A stretch of 64,000 nt of DNA from Naegleria gruberi (lineage: Eukaryota), in the NCBI GenBank assembly GCA_000004985.1, contig GG738888.1, one strand, 5' to 3'. The notes beneath the pieces are model-generated. The model had not been told where the DNA came from, searched no databases, and saw only the letters and a program-made list of their open reading frames with translations. Positions 53,419 to 63,861 of this stretch are shown here, piece by piece (position 1 is the first letter of the stretch; each line of letters opens with the position of its first letter). The position numbers were made by a program, and so were the translations under genes.

Positions 53419-54708
53419 TTATGTCTCACTAAGTATTTCTGAATATTCACAATAATTACATATGTCTCTTTCATCCTCAAATACATCCCTAATATTTCTT
53501 CCATGTACGAGTTTTTCAATCACTTTCTTTCGAACAGAATCAAATTGGTTAATTCTATAGTAGACAAAAACTGCCAAATTATGAAATGAATAAAGGGGAA
53601 GCAATAATGGCAAATCGGTGATCAATAATTCCACCTTCTCAACTATTTCTTTCATAGCATGGACTTGCAAGTTTAAGTATTTAAATGTGGAATAAATACC
53701 GTAAAGGTGCATCAGTTCAATACTGGCATGTTTGATATGTTTTTGGTGGTTAGTGAGGCTCTTATTAGAAATCATGTTGTAGAGTAATTCTCTAACTGAA
53801 CATATTAGAGATATTGTAATTGGAGCATTTTCTAACGAAACACCATTGTTGATTGATTGTAAATCATACTTGTTGTCGTTTACGTAAACATCATAAAACT
53901 TGGTAAAGAGTTTCCATACTATTTTCAAGCTCTCCACATCATCATCTCCAGCTGAGATGTGGGACTCAATTTTGGAGGCAAGCATTTCAAATTTCATTTT
54001 TTTAACATTATCCAAAAGTGGATCATTTTGAAATTCCTTAATATATTGTAAATAACGAGAAGCCAATTCAACCTGCCCTTCACCAACTGCATATAAAGCA
54101 ATAAGTGATTTGGAAACTTTGGTACAAAGGTCTATGGGATGAGCCAATGATGAATAGTGTACAGACTCTCTAAAAGAAACAATAGAAAGCGCAGGTTGAC
54201 TCATTGATTGTTCACATAAACTTTGAACAACCAGAAGCAATGCCCTAACCGAATACTCCCTCTCCAACAAATCCACATTCAAGACAATTTCTTCCATCTG
54301 TTCCTTACTCAAAAAGTCAATTGTGACATCCACATAATCGTAGAAATAATTAATGATGGCACTTTGAATATTTCCTCTCACCAAACTTCTCTCCCTCTTC
54401 ATGAAAACTGTTTGTTGTACATGTGATTTTGGGAGATAGGGGCGGAATGTTTTTGTTGTTACTTCTATTTGTACTTGCATTGTTGAAGGAGCAATATTGG
54501 CCAATGTCTTATTCTTTGGACCTCTCTTAACTCGTCTCTTCTTTGGAGGTACATAGAGACATGATCTTCCTCTCATACTACATTCAGAACATGAGGGTTT
54601 TAAACGATCGCATGCAAGATGTGATTTTCTACAAGCTAAACAATTAATTTGTTTCGTAGATACAACTTGACTATCATTTTCCAATTCTACATCATATTCA
54701 TCATTCAT
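53419..54708 (-). CDS. Zn(II)2Cys6 binuclear-cluster (GAL4-type) transcription factor-like protein
   Basis: An N-terminal CLACRKSHLACDRLKPSCSECSMRGRSC motif (C-x2-C-x6-C-x5-C-x2-C-x6-C) is followed by a basic stretch PPKKRRVKRGPKNK. The first ATG is at about 54708; the track ORF starts at GTG. Confidence 0.6.
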   Translation of the reverse strand: MNDEYDVELENDSQVVSTKQINCLACRKSHLACDRLKPSCSECSMRGRSCLYVPPKKRRVKRGPKNKTLANIAPSTMQVQIEVTTKTFRPYLPKSHVQQTVFMKRERSLVRGNIQSAIINYFYDYVDVTIDFLSKEQMEEIVLNVDLLEREYSVRALLLVVQSLCEQSMSQPALSIVSFRESVHYSSLAHPIDLCTKVSKSLIALYAVGEGQVELASRYLQYIKEFQNDPLLDNVKKMKFEMLASKIESHISAGDDDVESLKIVWKLFTKFYDVYVNDNKYDLQSINNGVSLENAPITISLICSVRELLYNMISNKSLTNHQKHIKHASIELMHLYGIYSTFKYLNLQVHAMKEIVEKVELLITDLPLLLPLYSFHNLAVFVYYRINQFDSVRKKVIEKLVHGRNIRDVFEDERDICNYCEYSEILSET

Positions 54709-55009
54709 TCCTGCATGCAACACGAAAGAGATTCAAATCGAGTCTTTTTATTAATTATTTTCTTAAATTGCTAAAATAAACCGAACCTCATCATGTGCGA
54801 GGGTACCATGACGTTCGTTGAAAAGGCTTTTTTTTGTGTGAGATTTGTGCTAGCGATTTATCAACCAACCAAAAACATTGGCGCCAAATTTTGTTACAGG
54901 ACCTCGTACGCACAAAATGTGTGTGCTTTAAATTTTGAGCCTCGCAATTATCATTACTTCCAAACAATATAAAAAAACAATTAAACAATTCACTTAGATA
55001 ATCATCATC

Positions 55010-56188
55010 ATGTCCAAGCAACTTATGAAGCCAATCACAGTTAAAGGTTACGCAGTAGCTGAACCAACAGAAACTCAAAAATTTCTCTTGAAACCAATTG
55101 AGCAACAAGTAAATAGCTTGGGTGAAAATGATATTTTTGTTGACATTATTGCCAGTAGTATCTGTTATGGAGGTAAGTGAATATGCAATCTTTCAATTTT
55201 TGGCAATGACTCTCGTATCAGATTTTCTAGCATTCCATCATGTTGGAAATATTCCTGGTCATGAAATTGTGGGAATTGTAAGACATGTTGGTGAGCGAGT
55301 TGAAAAGGATGGAAAGATAGCCGTGGGCATGAGAGTTGGCATGGGTTGGAATTATTCCTCTTGCTTAGAGTGTGGATCTTGCAAGCATCATTTTGAAAAT
55401 TTGTGTGATTCCTCCAAGCCATTCATGAATGCACCAATTGGTGGTGGTTTCCAGAATGGAGTCGTTTGGGATTCGAGATTTGTTTATCCAATTCCTGAGA
55501 AATTGAAGTCAGTTGATGCTGCTCCATTGTTTTGTGCAGGAGCTGCCGTTTTCTCGCCTTTAAAACTTTATCGTGAAAGCCCTTATTCTAAACCAAACGA
55601 ATTCAAAGTTGCTGTTCTTGGATTGGGTGGTTTAGGCCATTTAGCTCTTCAATTTGCTTCCAAAATGGGTTTCCATGTTACTGCTCTTTCCACAAGTGCT
55701 AACAAGGAAGAAGAATGTAGATTATTTGGAGCCAATGATTTTCATGTCCACACCAATGAAAATTCTGTAAAACAATTGAACAGCAATTTTGATTTGATTC
55801 TCAATTGTGTCAGCACCGACATTGATACTGACAAATTTGTGAAAATGTTGAAGCCATTCGGCAAGTTGGCAATAATTGGAGTTCGTAAGTTTTAACAATT
55901 TATTCCAATTATTCAAAATTGAAATTTCAAGCATCCTCTGGAAGTATCAAAGCAGGTGCTTTTGCCATGATTATGAAGAATCGTTCAATTGTTGGTTCTG
56001 GAGGTGCCTCCAACGATCAAATTAGAGAAATGTTGAATTTTGCTGCTGAGCACAATATCAAACCTCAAATTGAATTGAGTTCCTTGGAGAAAGTCAACGA
56101 AGCAATGGAGAAGGTTGTTAAAAATCAAGCACGTTACAGAATTGTTATGGTTGTAGATAAAGAAATAGTTGATAAGGAAAATCAATAA
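55010..56188 (+). CDS. Zinc-dependent alcohol dehydrogenase (cinnamyl/mannitol dehydrogenase-like MDR family), join(55010..55172,55222..55884,55932..56188)
   Basis: Catalytic zinc motifs are SICYG|DFLAFHH (a 49-nt GTAAGT...ATCAG intron lies between CYG and D) and GHEIVGIV. The structural zinc site is CLECGSCKHHFENLC. The Rossmann motif is VLGLGGLGHLALQFA. The C-terminus SIVGSGGASNDQIREMLNFAAEHNI is reached across a 47-nt GTAAGT...TTTCAAG intron. Confidence 0.8.
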
Positions 56189-56584
56189 TGCAATGATAAA
56201 GGACTTCTATGGATTTGAAATTAACAAAGAATAAAGTAAACTATTCCAAGTTAAACCGAATCAGCTTACTGTTTTCAATCCATTGTCCATTAATTCTGTC
56301 ACTGCAAACCTCAAGTGTCGGTCTTTTCACAAACTCCTCTTCACTGTCGCATTCAACTTTCGTCCACTTTCAAAAATCAATTTTTTAACGTCTCAAAAAA
56401 AAATCCTCCACTTCTAACCTCTCCCGCCAATTTTTACATTTTCAAAAAACGCTCATCAAATTTTTCCCTCCGAAATTTTTCAATTTTTTTCATCATTAAG
56501 AAATTTTCAATCAAACGACTTTCAATATAAAAATTTAAATATTTAATTGATAATAATTGATAAGATTGATAGTTAATATTCGAT

Positions 56585-56715
56585 TTTATATTTCATTTTG
56601 GAAAGAAGGAAAGAAAATTTTAATATATAATATTTAAATATATTTAATAATAATAATACTCATAATAATATTATTGGAAATATACAAATAATAATAATAA
56701 TATATAAATAATAAT
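56585..56715. repeat. AT-rich (AAT)n/(ATA)n low-complexity tract in the promoter region of the gene at 56716
   Basis: The sequence includes aataataataatactcataataatattattgg and aataataataataatatataaataataat. Confidence 0.5.
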
Positions 56716-57654
56716 ATGGTTTGCCAGAAAAGCAATGGAGTTTCTCCTAAACTAGTTTCTCAAATAGAAGACAAGGTCGAACAATTGAGGGAAATTTACA
56801 AGAATCAACAATTCAAGACTGTGATCATGTCCAATCAGACGAATGCCATCTTTTATCATGATCCGAAAATATTACTCTCCAATAATGCGATTCCGAATAA
56901 TTCACCACTCACCATTTACAATAGTTCGAGCAATTCGAATAATAATAACAATACGATAACCTCATCAAATTCATCAGGAATTAACAATACAATAACCAGC
57001 AATAATACTACGAGTACTACTACTCAACCCATTACGATTATTACGACAGTGAGTCATTCGAATAATAATAATACAGCAACTTCTTCGCCGCCTACTTCAA
57101 TTACACCTCCTTTGAAAAATACTTTTAAGAATCAATCACCCAAAGAAATATCAGCAACTAATTTGACAGCTCAACTTGGAATGTCAGTTTCACAAATTTC
57201 TCAATCTCAATCACCACATTCTCCAACAACTCATTCACCAGTTTTTGAAAGTCAATCGATTGGATTTGTTGTTGGTTCTATTGAAGATCTTTCGCAACGT
57301 TTGAGACAATATTTGGAAAGTGTTGACAATTTTGTAAAATTATTTGCCGAAGACGAAACTCAGCAATTTATTAGTCAAGGAATTTATCATATACGTGGAT
57401 GTAGTGGATTAATGAATGGATCTTCGAGCTCGTCACTCAATTCCAATGCCAACCATAACAGTTCGACCTTAACTTGTAGTATTTTTGTAAAAACTGATAT
57501 CACTTGTGCAATTTTCACAGATGTTTATGAACAAGGAGCTTTGAGTATGTCAGAAGATATGGATAAGGAAATTCTGGACATTGTAGATCAATTACAATTG
57601 CTTTTGAAAGGAGCCATTGAAAAGGAAAAGCAAATGTTAAAAAATAAAAAATAG
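56716..57654 (+). CDS. Hypothetical S/T/N-rich protein, 312 aa
   Basis: ATG ORF. The central region is low complexity (NSSSNSNNNNNTITSSNSSGINNTITSNNTTSTTTQP). I see no recognisable domain. Confidence 0.35.
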   Translation: MVCQKSNGVSPKLVSQIEDKVEQLREIYKNQQFKTVIMSNQTNAIFYHDPKILLSNNAIPNNSPLTIYNSSSNSNNNNNTITSSNSSGINNTITSNNTTSTTTQPITIITTVSHSNNNNTATSSPPTSITPPLKNTFKNQSPKEISATNLTAQLGMSVSQISQSQSPHSPTTHSPVFESQSIGFVVGSIEDLSQRLRQYLESVDNFVKLFAEDETQQFISQGIYHIRGCSGLMNGSSSSSLNSNANHNSSTLTCSIFVKTDITCAIFTDVYEQGALSMSEDMDKEILDIVDQLQLLLKGAIEKEKQMLKNKK

Positions 57655-57984
57655 TAAAATAACATAAACTCTTATTCGAATGTCTTGTTATTCGAATAAA
57701 AGGTTAAATAAGAAGAAGATGAGGAGGATTGTAAGATTGTGGAATGAGCTCTGATTGAATTTCATAAGATCCAAATTAAAAGTGAAATTTTACAAACTGT
57801 AGAGCCGTCAACAATCAGTGACATCAAAAATCACTACTTAAAAAAAATACAATTAACCATCAGCCCTTCTTTGATTGTTGAACAAGCGATATTGCAAATA
57901 ACAACATCAACAATCAAGAAAACAGCCTCTGAGATCCAAACATTCGTTTAATTTCCAATAACAACAAAAATCTAGACGAAAATA

Positions 57985-59064
57985 ATGGACGAAGAAAATA
58001 CACAACAACCAGCAACAACTTTCGGCAACACCCGAACCATTCACGATGAAACCAAGAAGCGTTGGTACGATCACATCCATTCCAATCATATTTGCTTTTC
58101 CTTCTTCATGTTAGCAACAGTTGCCCTGTTAGCAATTGTCATTGGTTATTTGGTTCCAGTTTGGATCTATGGACCAACTTCTACTCAGTGCACATTAATT
58201 ACCAAAGCAATGAATTCATCATTCATTGGTGAGGATTTGAAAGCAACTTATAGAAAGTTCAGAACTGAATTTAATGTGAAATATCAAGCGTATATTCCAC
58301 AACAAGGAAAAGATATGATAATTCAATCGACAATGTATGGACCAAGTGTTGAACGATGGGATAATCCTAGAGAGGCAGGTTATGTTCTGTCATATGCCAT
58401 TAGAAATGAATTTTATAATAATTATCAAGTTGGACAAGTTTTTGATTGTTTTTATTCAAGTTCAGATCCATATACAGTTGTTATTGAATATGATCCAAGA
58501 TATTATTCATTGATTGCATTACCAATTATTTCATTCTTGCTTGGTTTGTGGGTTTTGTGTTATCCACCAATTGAAAAGTATATTAGAGCTCAATTTGATC
58601 AACGCCAACAATTTAAGCAATATATGGAAATTTCACAAATGGAAGAAACATATGATAAGGAAATGGAAGCACGTGTTGCTTCTGATTTATTCTTTGATGA
58701 TACTGTTGGTGCTTATCGTAGAATTGGAACTGGTGAAATTGTTCAACCAAGTGCCGAAGGTGAAGATTTGGATGATGAATTTGAATTGATTGAGGAAGAA
58801 ATTGAAGTGATTGGTAAATTCTTTGGTAAAAGTGTTGAAGAACATGGTACATTTGTGCAAAAGCCAATTTCTGAACTCGATAGAAATGAAACTAGCAATA
58901 TCAAGATTGTTTCTCAATCTCAACAAGATGAAGAGGAGGATCCAACTCCAACACTTGAAATTAAACCAGCTGTCACCCAACCAACCATAACACCTCAATA
59001 TACTCTCCTCGTTTTGGATGATGATAGTGAAGATGAGGAAGATGATGACGATTATGATGATTAA
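57985..59064 (+). CDS. Hypothetical two-TM membrane protein with acidic C-terminal tail, 359 aa
   Basis: Start context is aaaataATGG. Hydrophobic helices are ICFSFFMLATVALLAIVIGYLVPVWIY and LIALPIISFLLGLWVLCY. The C-terminus is DDDSEDEEDDDDYDD. Confidence 0.4.
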   Translation: MDEENTQQPATTFGNTRTIHDETKKRWYDHIHSNHICFSFFMLATVALLAIVIGYLVPVWIYGPTSTQCTLITKAMNSSFIGEDLKATYRKFRTEFNVKYQAYIPQQGKDMIIQSTMYGPSVERWDNPREAGYVLSYAIRNEFYNNYQVGQVFDCFYSSSDPYTVVIEYDPRYYSLIALPIISFLLGLWVLCYPPIEKYIRAQFDQRQQFKQYMEISQMEETYDKEMEARVASDLFFDDTVGAYRRIGTGEIVQPSAEGEDLDDEFELIEEEIEVIGKFFGKSVEEHGTFVQKPISELDRNETSNIKIVSQSQQDEEEDPTPTLEIKPAVTQPTITPQYTLLVLDDDSEDEEDDDDYDD

Positions 59065-59108
59065 TTTGTGTGATAAAGTTTATTTTATAATTCATGTTGG
59101 TTAGCTCT

Positions 59109-62100
59109 TTATTCCTCATCCTCTTCAACCTCAACAGATTCTTCATCGCTATTGTATTCGATTTTACCATCCTTACCTTCCTTTCTGGAACTGTAATCAA
59201 CTAGAGAAGGTACACTGGCACGAGCATAGCCAAAATTAAATACTTGGAAGCTTCCAACACCATGCAACAACATTTGAGTTTTCTCACCAATATCACAACA
59301 AGTCCAACCTCTTTCCAATGCCGATTTGACAACTTTTGCTTTGGCCCTCTTCTTTTCATTCTTCTTTGCTGATTTGTTCTTGGTTCCAATATTTCTGATT
59401 TCAGTAAGTGTTTTCTTTCTCTCCTCATTGTTCGGTTCTTTCCAAAAGTCTTCCAGACCTATTGGATAAATTCCCTCCATAGATGGAATAAAATAAGTAT
59501 GAACTGAAGAAGTAATATACGAGACAAGGTGAGTAGGTTTGCTCAAATTATGAACTCTATTCTTGAGCTCTTGTTTTGTTTGATTATTCCATAAACTGAC
59601 ACGTCCAATATGTTTCTTATCGTTAAATTCTTCCTCAATCAATTCAATTAGAATTTCAGCAACCTTAATCTTGTGTGTGGTAGACAATTCTCGGAGTGTA
59701 CTAAGGAATTCCTGTGGATTTTTAGAAAGTGTAACTAAGGCAGTATCTTTCGACTCTTGGTTTGAGAAGGATGTAATAATATCTGTATACTTTTGTCTGC
59801 TCTTTTTTGGAAGATTTTCCACTAATATTCTTAACACCTGTAAAATGCCTAATTTGCCATCATCCACAGATTTTATATCTTCTTCATCCTCCTCTTGTTC
59901 TTTCATTATAGAAACAACTTCCTTTTTAGTGTTATCTGGTATCTCGTCAAATAAAATATGCTCCAAGCTTTCCCTTCTTTCATCTGCTTTTTGAGGGTTG
60001 AACAACTCATATTCCAATACTTTTTCCATATATATTAATGCTCTGAGCATTGCAGAGTCATGTGGAGAGTAGACCTTATGTTCATATGAATATTCATAAA
60101 ATTGTCTAATATCATCATGAACAATATGGATTGATTCAATGTGAAGATAATTTGCAACAGCTAATATTGAAGAATGTACAATTCCATACCCAAGGGCAAC
60201 ATCAGAGTCTAATATCAAAAAGAAATAATCAGAAGGATTACCTTCGTTTTCTTCAATAGATTTCTTGTATCTTGCAACATACTTGCTCTCTGTTACAATT
60301 ACGAACATGTGGTGGAGATTGTTTGTCTTGGCATATCTTCTATCTGATTCATATATTTGAAGTTTGTAATTCTTTCCTCTAGGTCTTGTCAAAATAAACA
60401 ATGGTTTCAAGCCATTACTATTCAACTTTCTGATTGGACTTGAAACCTCTTCAACTGTTTTTGTGTTATAAGAGAGCAATAATTGCTTACTCGTTCTGTC
60501 AAACTTCACTAACAACTCATTGGCTTCTCCTTCGTGATCAACTTTTTTGATTGCTATTTGTTCCCTATTACTTTTTTTCAAATCAAAATCCATCAACTTA
60601 TCATTTGGAGCACAGTAATGTTTTTCTGCAATATCTTTCACATCACTACTCTCAGACTTTGGCATTGACAATATCTCTACATATTTACAAGGTTGAGGAT
60701 ATTTAGAGTTCAATTCTGTTGGAACTTGTGCATACTTGGCTGATTTACGCTTGTATTTTTCAAACAGCAATTTTACATTGTTATCCATTCCAGAACTGAT
60801 TTCTTTTAGTGATTCCTTGATTGCTTCAAAGTATGTCCTAATGTGCTCATGAAAATTACATAGACCAGAGTGTATTGTTTCAAGAAAATCGTCCACTTTG
60901 CTGTTGTCATTAATATCCAGTATTTTTACCAACTCTTTTACAACATTCGTATCTAACATATCACTGTAAGAAACACAGGTACTAATAATTGACTGTTTGA
61001 AAGAATTAGCTGTATGAGTCAGGAAGAGAGTGAAACTTTCCACAGTTTCTAAAAAATTCTCCATAAAAGTATTGAAATGATTGGACCAGTCCACTTGTTT
61101 TTCCTCAGATTTTAATCTTCTTCTGTAACTAGCACCAAATTTTTGGAGTCTTGCTGATATATCCCTCTTGTCGAACAAAAGAGCTATTGGAGATTCATAG
61201 AATGATATCAAACTATTAATAAGAGATGAAAGATCTCCTCCATATAGATAGTCAGCATCTGGTGAATAGCTAATTGTCAATTCTAAATTTTCAGCAAACA
61301 TTTCACATAATTGCCTTCTTACTTTGTTGAATTGTTTACAGAACTGTGCTGGGGCCTGATTTTCTTTAGGAACCTTAATGTTGGATAAAATTACAACTGC
61401 CATATCTCTTATCATACTGGCATTATATTCAATGACTTTCTTTCTATTCTTTTCAATGATATATCTGAATTTTTCAATAAATGAATCAGTTTTAGCGTTC
61501 TGAGGAGGGAAAAATGTTACTCCAAAATTATCCTCCAATGATTTTACAAAATTGATTTTGTCATCAAATTCAACTGGTGTTGAGTTTACCACATCCCTTT
61601 CTGACAACACAACACCTTCCAACAATATATCATAATGTAGAGCTAGCTGTTTTCTAAAAGATTTTTTCATACCCTCAATAAGCTCATAGTTATCCAATAA
61701 ATCATAGTATGTAGACTCAACTATATTTGGATTGTTACAGAGAATGGCTATGGAAGGTCTTATTACCTGACTAGGTTGATGAATTCCATATTCCCAAGCT
61801 TTTCTTACAATACCATCATCTAAGATATTTCTGTTATTTTCAATGCCCGATACAATTATGCAAGTATCTAGGAAGCTTTCTCTAATAAATTGCTTGTATA
61901 GTTCTCCCTCTGTCAATTCATCATAACCTGGCATATCCCTTAGAATTACTCTACTCTCTTTAAGGAATGGGCTAGGAACTTTTAGTACAAGTTTCTTTAC
62001 AGTCAAAGAGTCAAAAGTTGTTTTCTCCTTCTCATATTTTTCAATCACTTGTCTTGCTCTTGCAAGAATGCAAGAAAGTCTTTCAGTATCAGTATTGCCA

Positions 62101-63257
62101 CTCAATATTATATTTGATTGAGAGTCAATTTCAATATTTTCCAATTGTTTCTCATAGCTTAACTTTTTTCCTTCATTTTTTACATTCTTTTCGCGTAAAT
62201 TATACTCTTGTACGGTACACATTTCCTTAGTGAGACTGTAAAATTCATCATACATGATATCAATAACTGTACTAGTGATACCCTTTCCAAGTAAATAAGT
62301 GCCTGATGGAAGAGGATAATTATCACATTGGAAACCTGAAACCAATCTATTAATCATATATGATTTACCATAACCTGGCTTTGCAAAAAAAGAAACAACC
62401 ACTCTTTCATCAATTTTCTTAAGTATTTCCTGAATTCTTTCAATGTGCTCAGAACACATATTAGTGATTGCATTCTTTTGTTTGCAGAAATTGTCAAAAT
62501 ACTTTTTCACCCTTTCATAATCCTCCCTTTCTTCCTTGATAAGATTTGCATTCGATTCAAGTATTTCATCAAGTGGAGATTTAACCAAAAAGTTCAAATT
62601 AGTAGTAGAAGCTTTTCTGTGTTGTGAAGAAAGAGTAGGAGAATGAGAGGAAGGAATTGGTAATTGTTCAAGTTGAGAACTGGCACTTACTGCAACTGTT
62701 GGAAGTGGTAATAATGTGCTAGCAGCTGTTGTTGCATTAGAGGATGATTCTCCAGTCATCACCACATCATTATCTTCATCATTTACGTGATGATCTTGTG
62801 GTGATGGCAATGGTTTTACAGGTTTTTCCTTCTTTCTCTTCTTACTGGCAGATGATGACTCGGAACCCTTCTTCTTTGATGAAGAAGCAGCATCACTCTT
62901 TCTCTTCTTATCTGCCTTCTTGGCAGATTCTAATTGGTTGAGGAAGGAATGTCTCATACTCGATGGACCAAACATGAGTAAATTATCAAGAGTAACCAAG
63001 GCTTGTTTTCTTCCCTTTCCTTCTCCATTGATGAAATTCTTGATTAATCGTAAGCCAATAACCAAGTGAAGGGTCGATGATACTTGACTGTTCTTATCCT
63101 GAATGCTCACACGGAAGGGAAGTAATATGAGAGAAACAAAGTTCTTTCCAGCAGCTTTTCCATAAGAATCGAGACGAATTAAATGTTGTTGACTACCTGC
63201 AATGTTGTTATAGCTTGTTTCAGAGTGCTTGTGGCTCTTCAAACCGAGATGATGCAA
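59109..63257 (-). CDS. Large (>1300 aa) protein with dynamin/IRG-like GTPase domain (G1 GYGKS, G3 DMPG) and long uncharacterised C-terminal region; 5' end unresolved
   Basis: The N-terminal region is basic (KKRKSDAASSSKKKGSESSSASKKRKKEKP). The GTPase elements are FFAKPGYGKSYMINRLVSGF (P-loop) ... LLGKGITSTV ... VILRDMPGYDE (DxPG). The remaining ~800 aa have no motif I recognise. The track ORF starts at TTG, and the first in-frame ATG is about 95 codons in. Confidence 0.5.
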   Translation of the reverse strand: MHHLGLKSHKHSETSYNNIAGSQQHLIRLDSYGKAAGKNFVSLILLPFRVSIQDKNSQVSSTLHLVIGLRLIKNFINGEGKGRKQALVTLDNLLMFGPSSMRHSFLNQLESAKKADKKRKSDAASSSKKKGSESSSASKKRKKEKPVKPLPSPQDHHVNDEDNDVVMTGESSSNATTAASTLLPLPTVAVSASSQLEQLPIPSSHSPTLSSQHRKASTTNLNFLVKSPLDEILESNANLIKEEREDYERVKKYFDNFCKQKNAITNMCSEHIERIQEILKKIDERVVVSFFAKPGYGKSYMINRLVSGFQCDNYPLPSGTYLLGKGITSTVIDIMYDEFYSLTKEMCTVQEYNLREKNVKNEGKKLSYEKQLENIEIDSQSNIILSGNTDTERLSCILARARQVIEKYEKEKTTFDSLTVKKLVLKVPSPFLKESRVILRDMPGYDELTEGELYKQFIRESFLDTCIIVSGIENNRNILDDGIVRKAWEYGIHQPSQVIRPSIAILCNNPNIVESTYYDLLDNYELIEGMKKSFRKQLALHYDILLEGVVLSERDVVNSTPVEFDDKINFVKSLEDNFGVTFFPPQNAKTDSFIEKFRYIIEKNRKKVIEYNASMIRDMAVVILSNIKVPKENQAPAQFCKQFNKVRRQLCEMFAENLELTISYSPDADYLYGGDLSSLINSLISFYESPIALLFDKRDISARLQKFGASYRRRLKSEEKQVDWSNHFNTFMENFLETVESFTLFLTHTANSFKQSIISTCVSYSDMLDTNVVKELVKILDINDNSKVDDFLETIHSGLCNFHEHIRTYFEAIKESLKEISSGMDNNVKLLFEKYKRKSAKYAQVPTELNSKYPQPCKYVEILSMPKSESSDVKDIAEKHYCAPNDKLMDFDLKKSNREQIAIKKVDHEGEANELLVKFDRTSKQLLLSYNTKTVEEVSSPIRKLNSNGLKPLFILTRPRGKNYKLQIYESDRRYAKTNNLHHMFVIVTESKYVARYKKSIEENEGNPSDYFFLILDSDVALGYGIVHSSILAVANYLHIESIHIVHDDIRQFYEYSYEHKVYSPHDSAMLRALIYMEKVLEYELFNPQKADERRESLEHILFDEIPDNTKKEVVSIMKEQEEDEEDIKSVDDGKLGILQVLRILVENLPKKSRQKYTDIITSFSNQESKDTALVTLSKNPQEFLSTLRELSTTHKIKVAEILIELIEEEFNDKKHIGRVSLWNNQTKQELKNRVHNLSKPTHLVSYITSSVHTYFIPSMEGIYPIGLEDFWKEPNNEERKKTLTEIRNIGTKNKSAKKNEKKRAKAKVVKSALERGWTCCDIGEKTQMLLHGVGSFQVFNFGYARASVPSLVDYSSRKEGKDGKIEYNSDEESVEVEEDEE

Positions 63258-63861
63258 TTGCTGATTGGTTTCGTGGTAGTTGATGTTGTTTTACCAAGAG
63301 AAGAAAAATCAAAATTTAATTCTCTTTGAATAATTTCTTCATCTGTCTTTGCAGTGGTGGATGTTCTTTCAACGTAACAACAGATAAAATCCTCTTCTAA
63401 TTCGGTGGATAATATTGTTATTGGTGTAGTGTTGCTTGTTGGATGGAAAATAACGTGAAGATCGGCGTATCTTGGATCATGATTTTTGTTTGCTTGGATT
63501 GTGAGTTGGAGAGAAGGTGAGTTGTTAACGTTGATAGAAAAGTTTGCCTTGACACGATTTATGGTGGGCTCACTTTCCGTTGATGATGTACTCAACATTT
63601 TTTTGTGGGTTGAAAAATATTAAACCTGTCATCACAACATTATTCAACAAACAAAGTTTTATTATTGCCTCGCAAAAATTAAAGATCGTAGTTGTATTCG
63701 TGTTGTGTGGATGCAAAGTATTTATCAAGGTCAAAAGGTAATGTTTGAGGGTGTTCCGGTTCATTAGAAGCAACAGGAAGTAAGATGTAAGACAGGAGGT
63801 CCTCTTCGAGTGTAGAAGCTTCAACGGGCAAGGTAGAGAGTAAGTACTCTGAGGAAGACAT
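63239..63861 (-). other. Possible 5' exons or 5' region of the large GTPase gene, or a separate small gene; unresolved
   Basis: Three overlapping minus-strand ORFs lie here in different frames (63239..63598, 63570..63824, 63679..63861). The most upstream one begins with a true ATG (MSSSEYLL...). I could not find frame-consistent GT..AG junctions to the 59109..63257 ORF. Confidence 0.2.

Noticed and set aside
54791-55108. Minus-strand ORF of 105 aa
   Set aside because: It overlaps the promoter, 5' UTR and first exon of the plus-strand alcohol dehydrogenase gene. Its composition is non-protein-like and it has no ATG. It is spurious.
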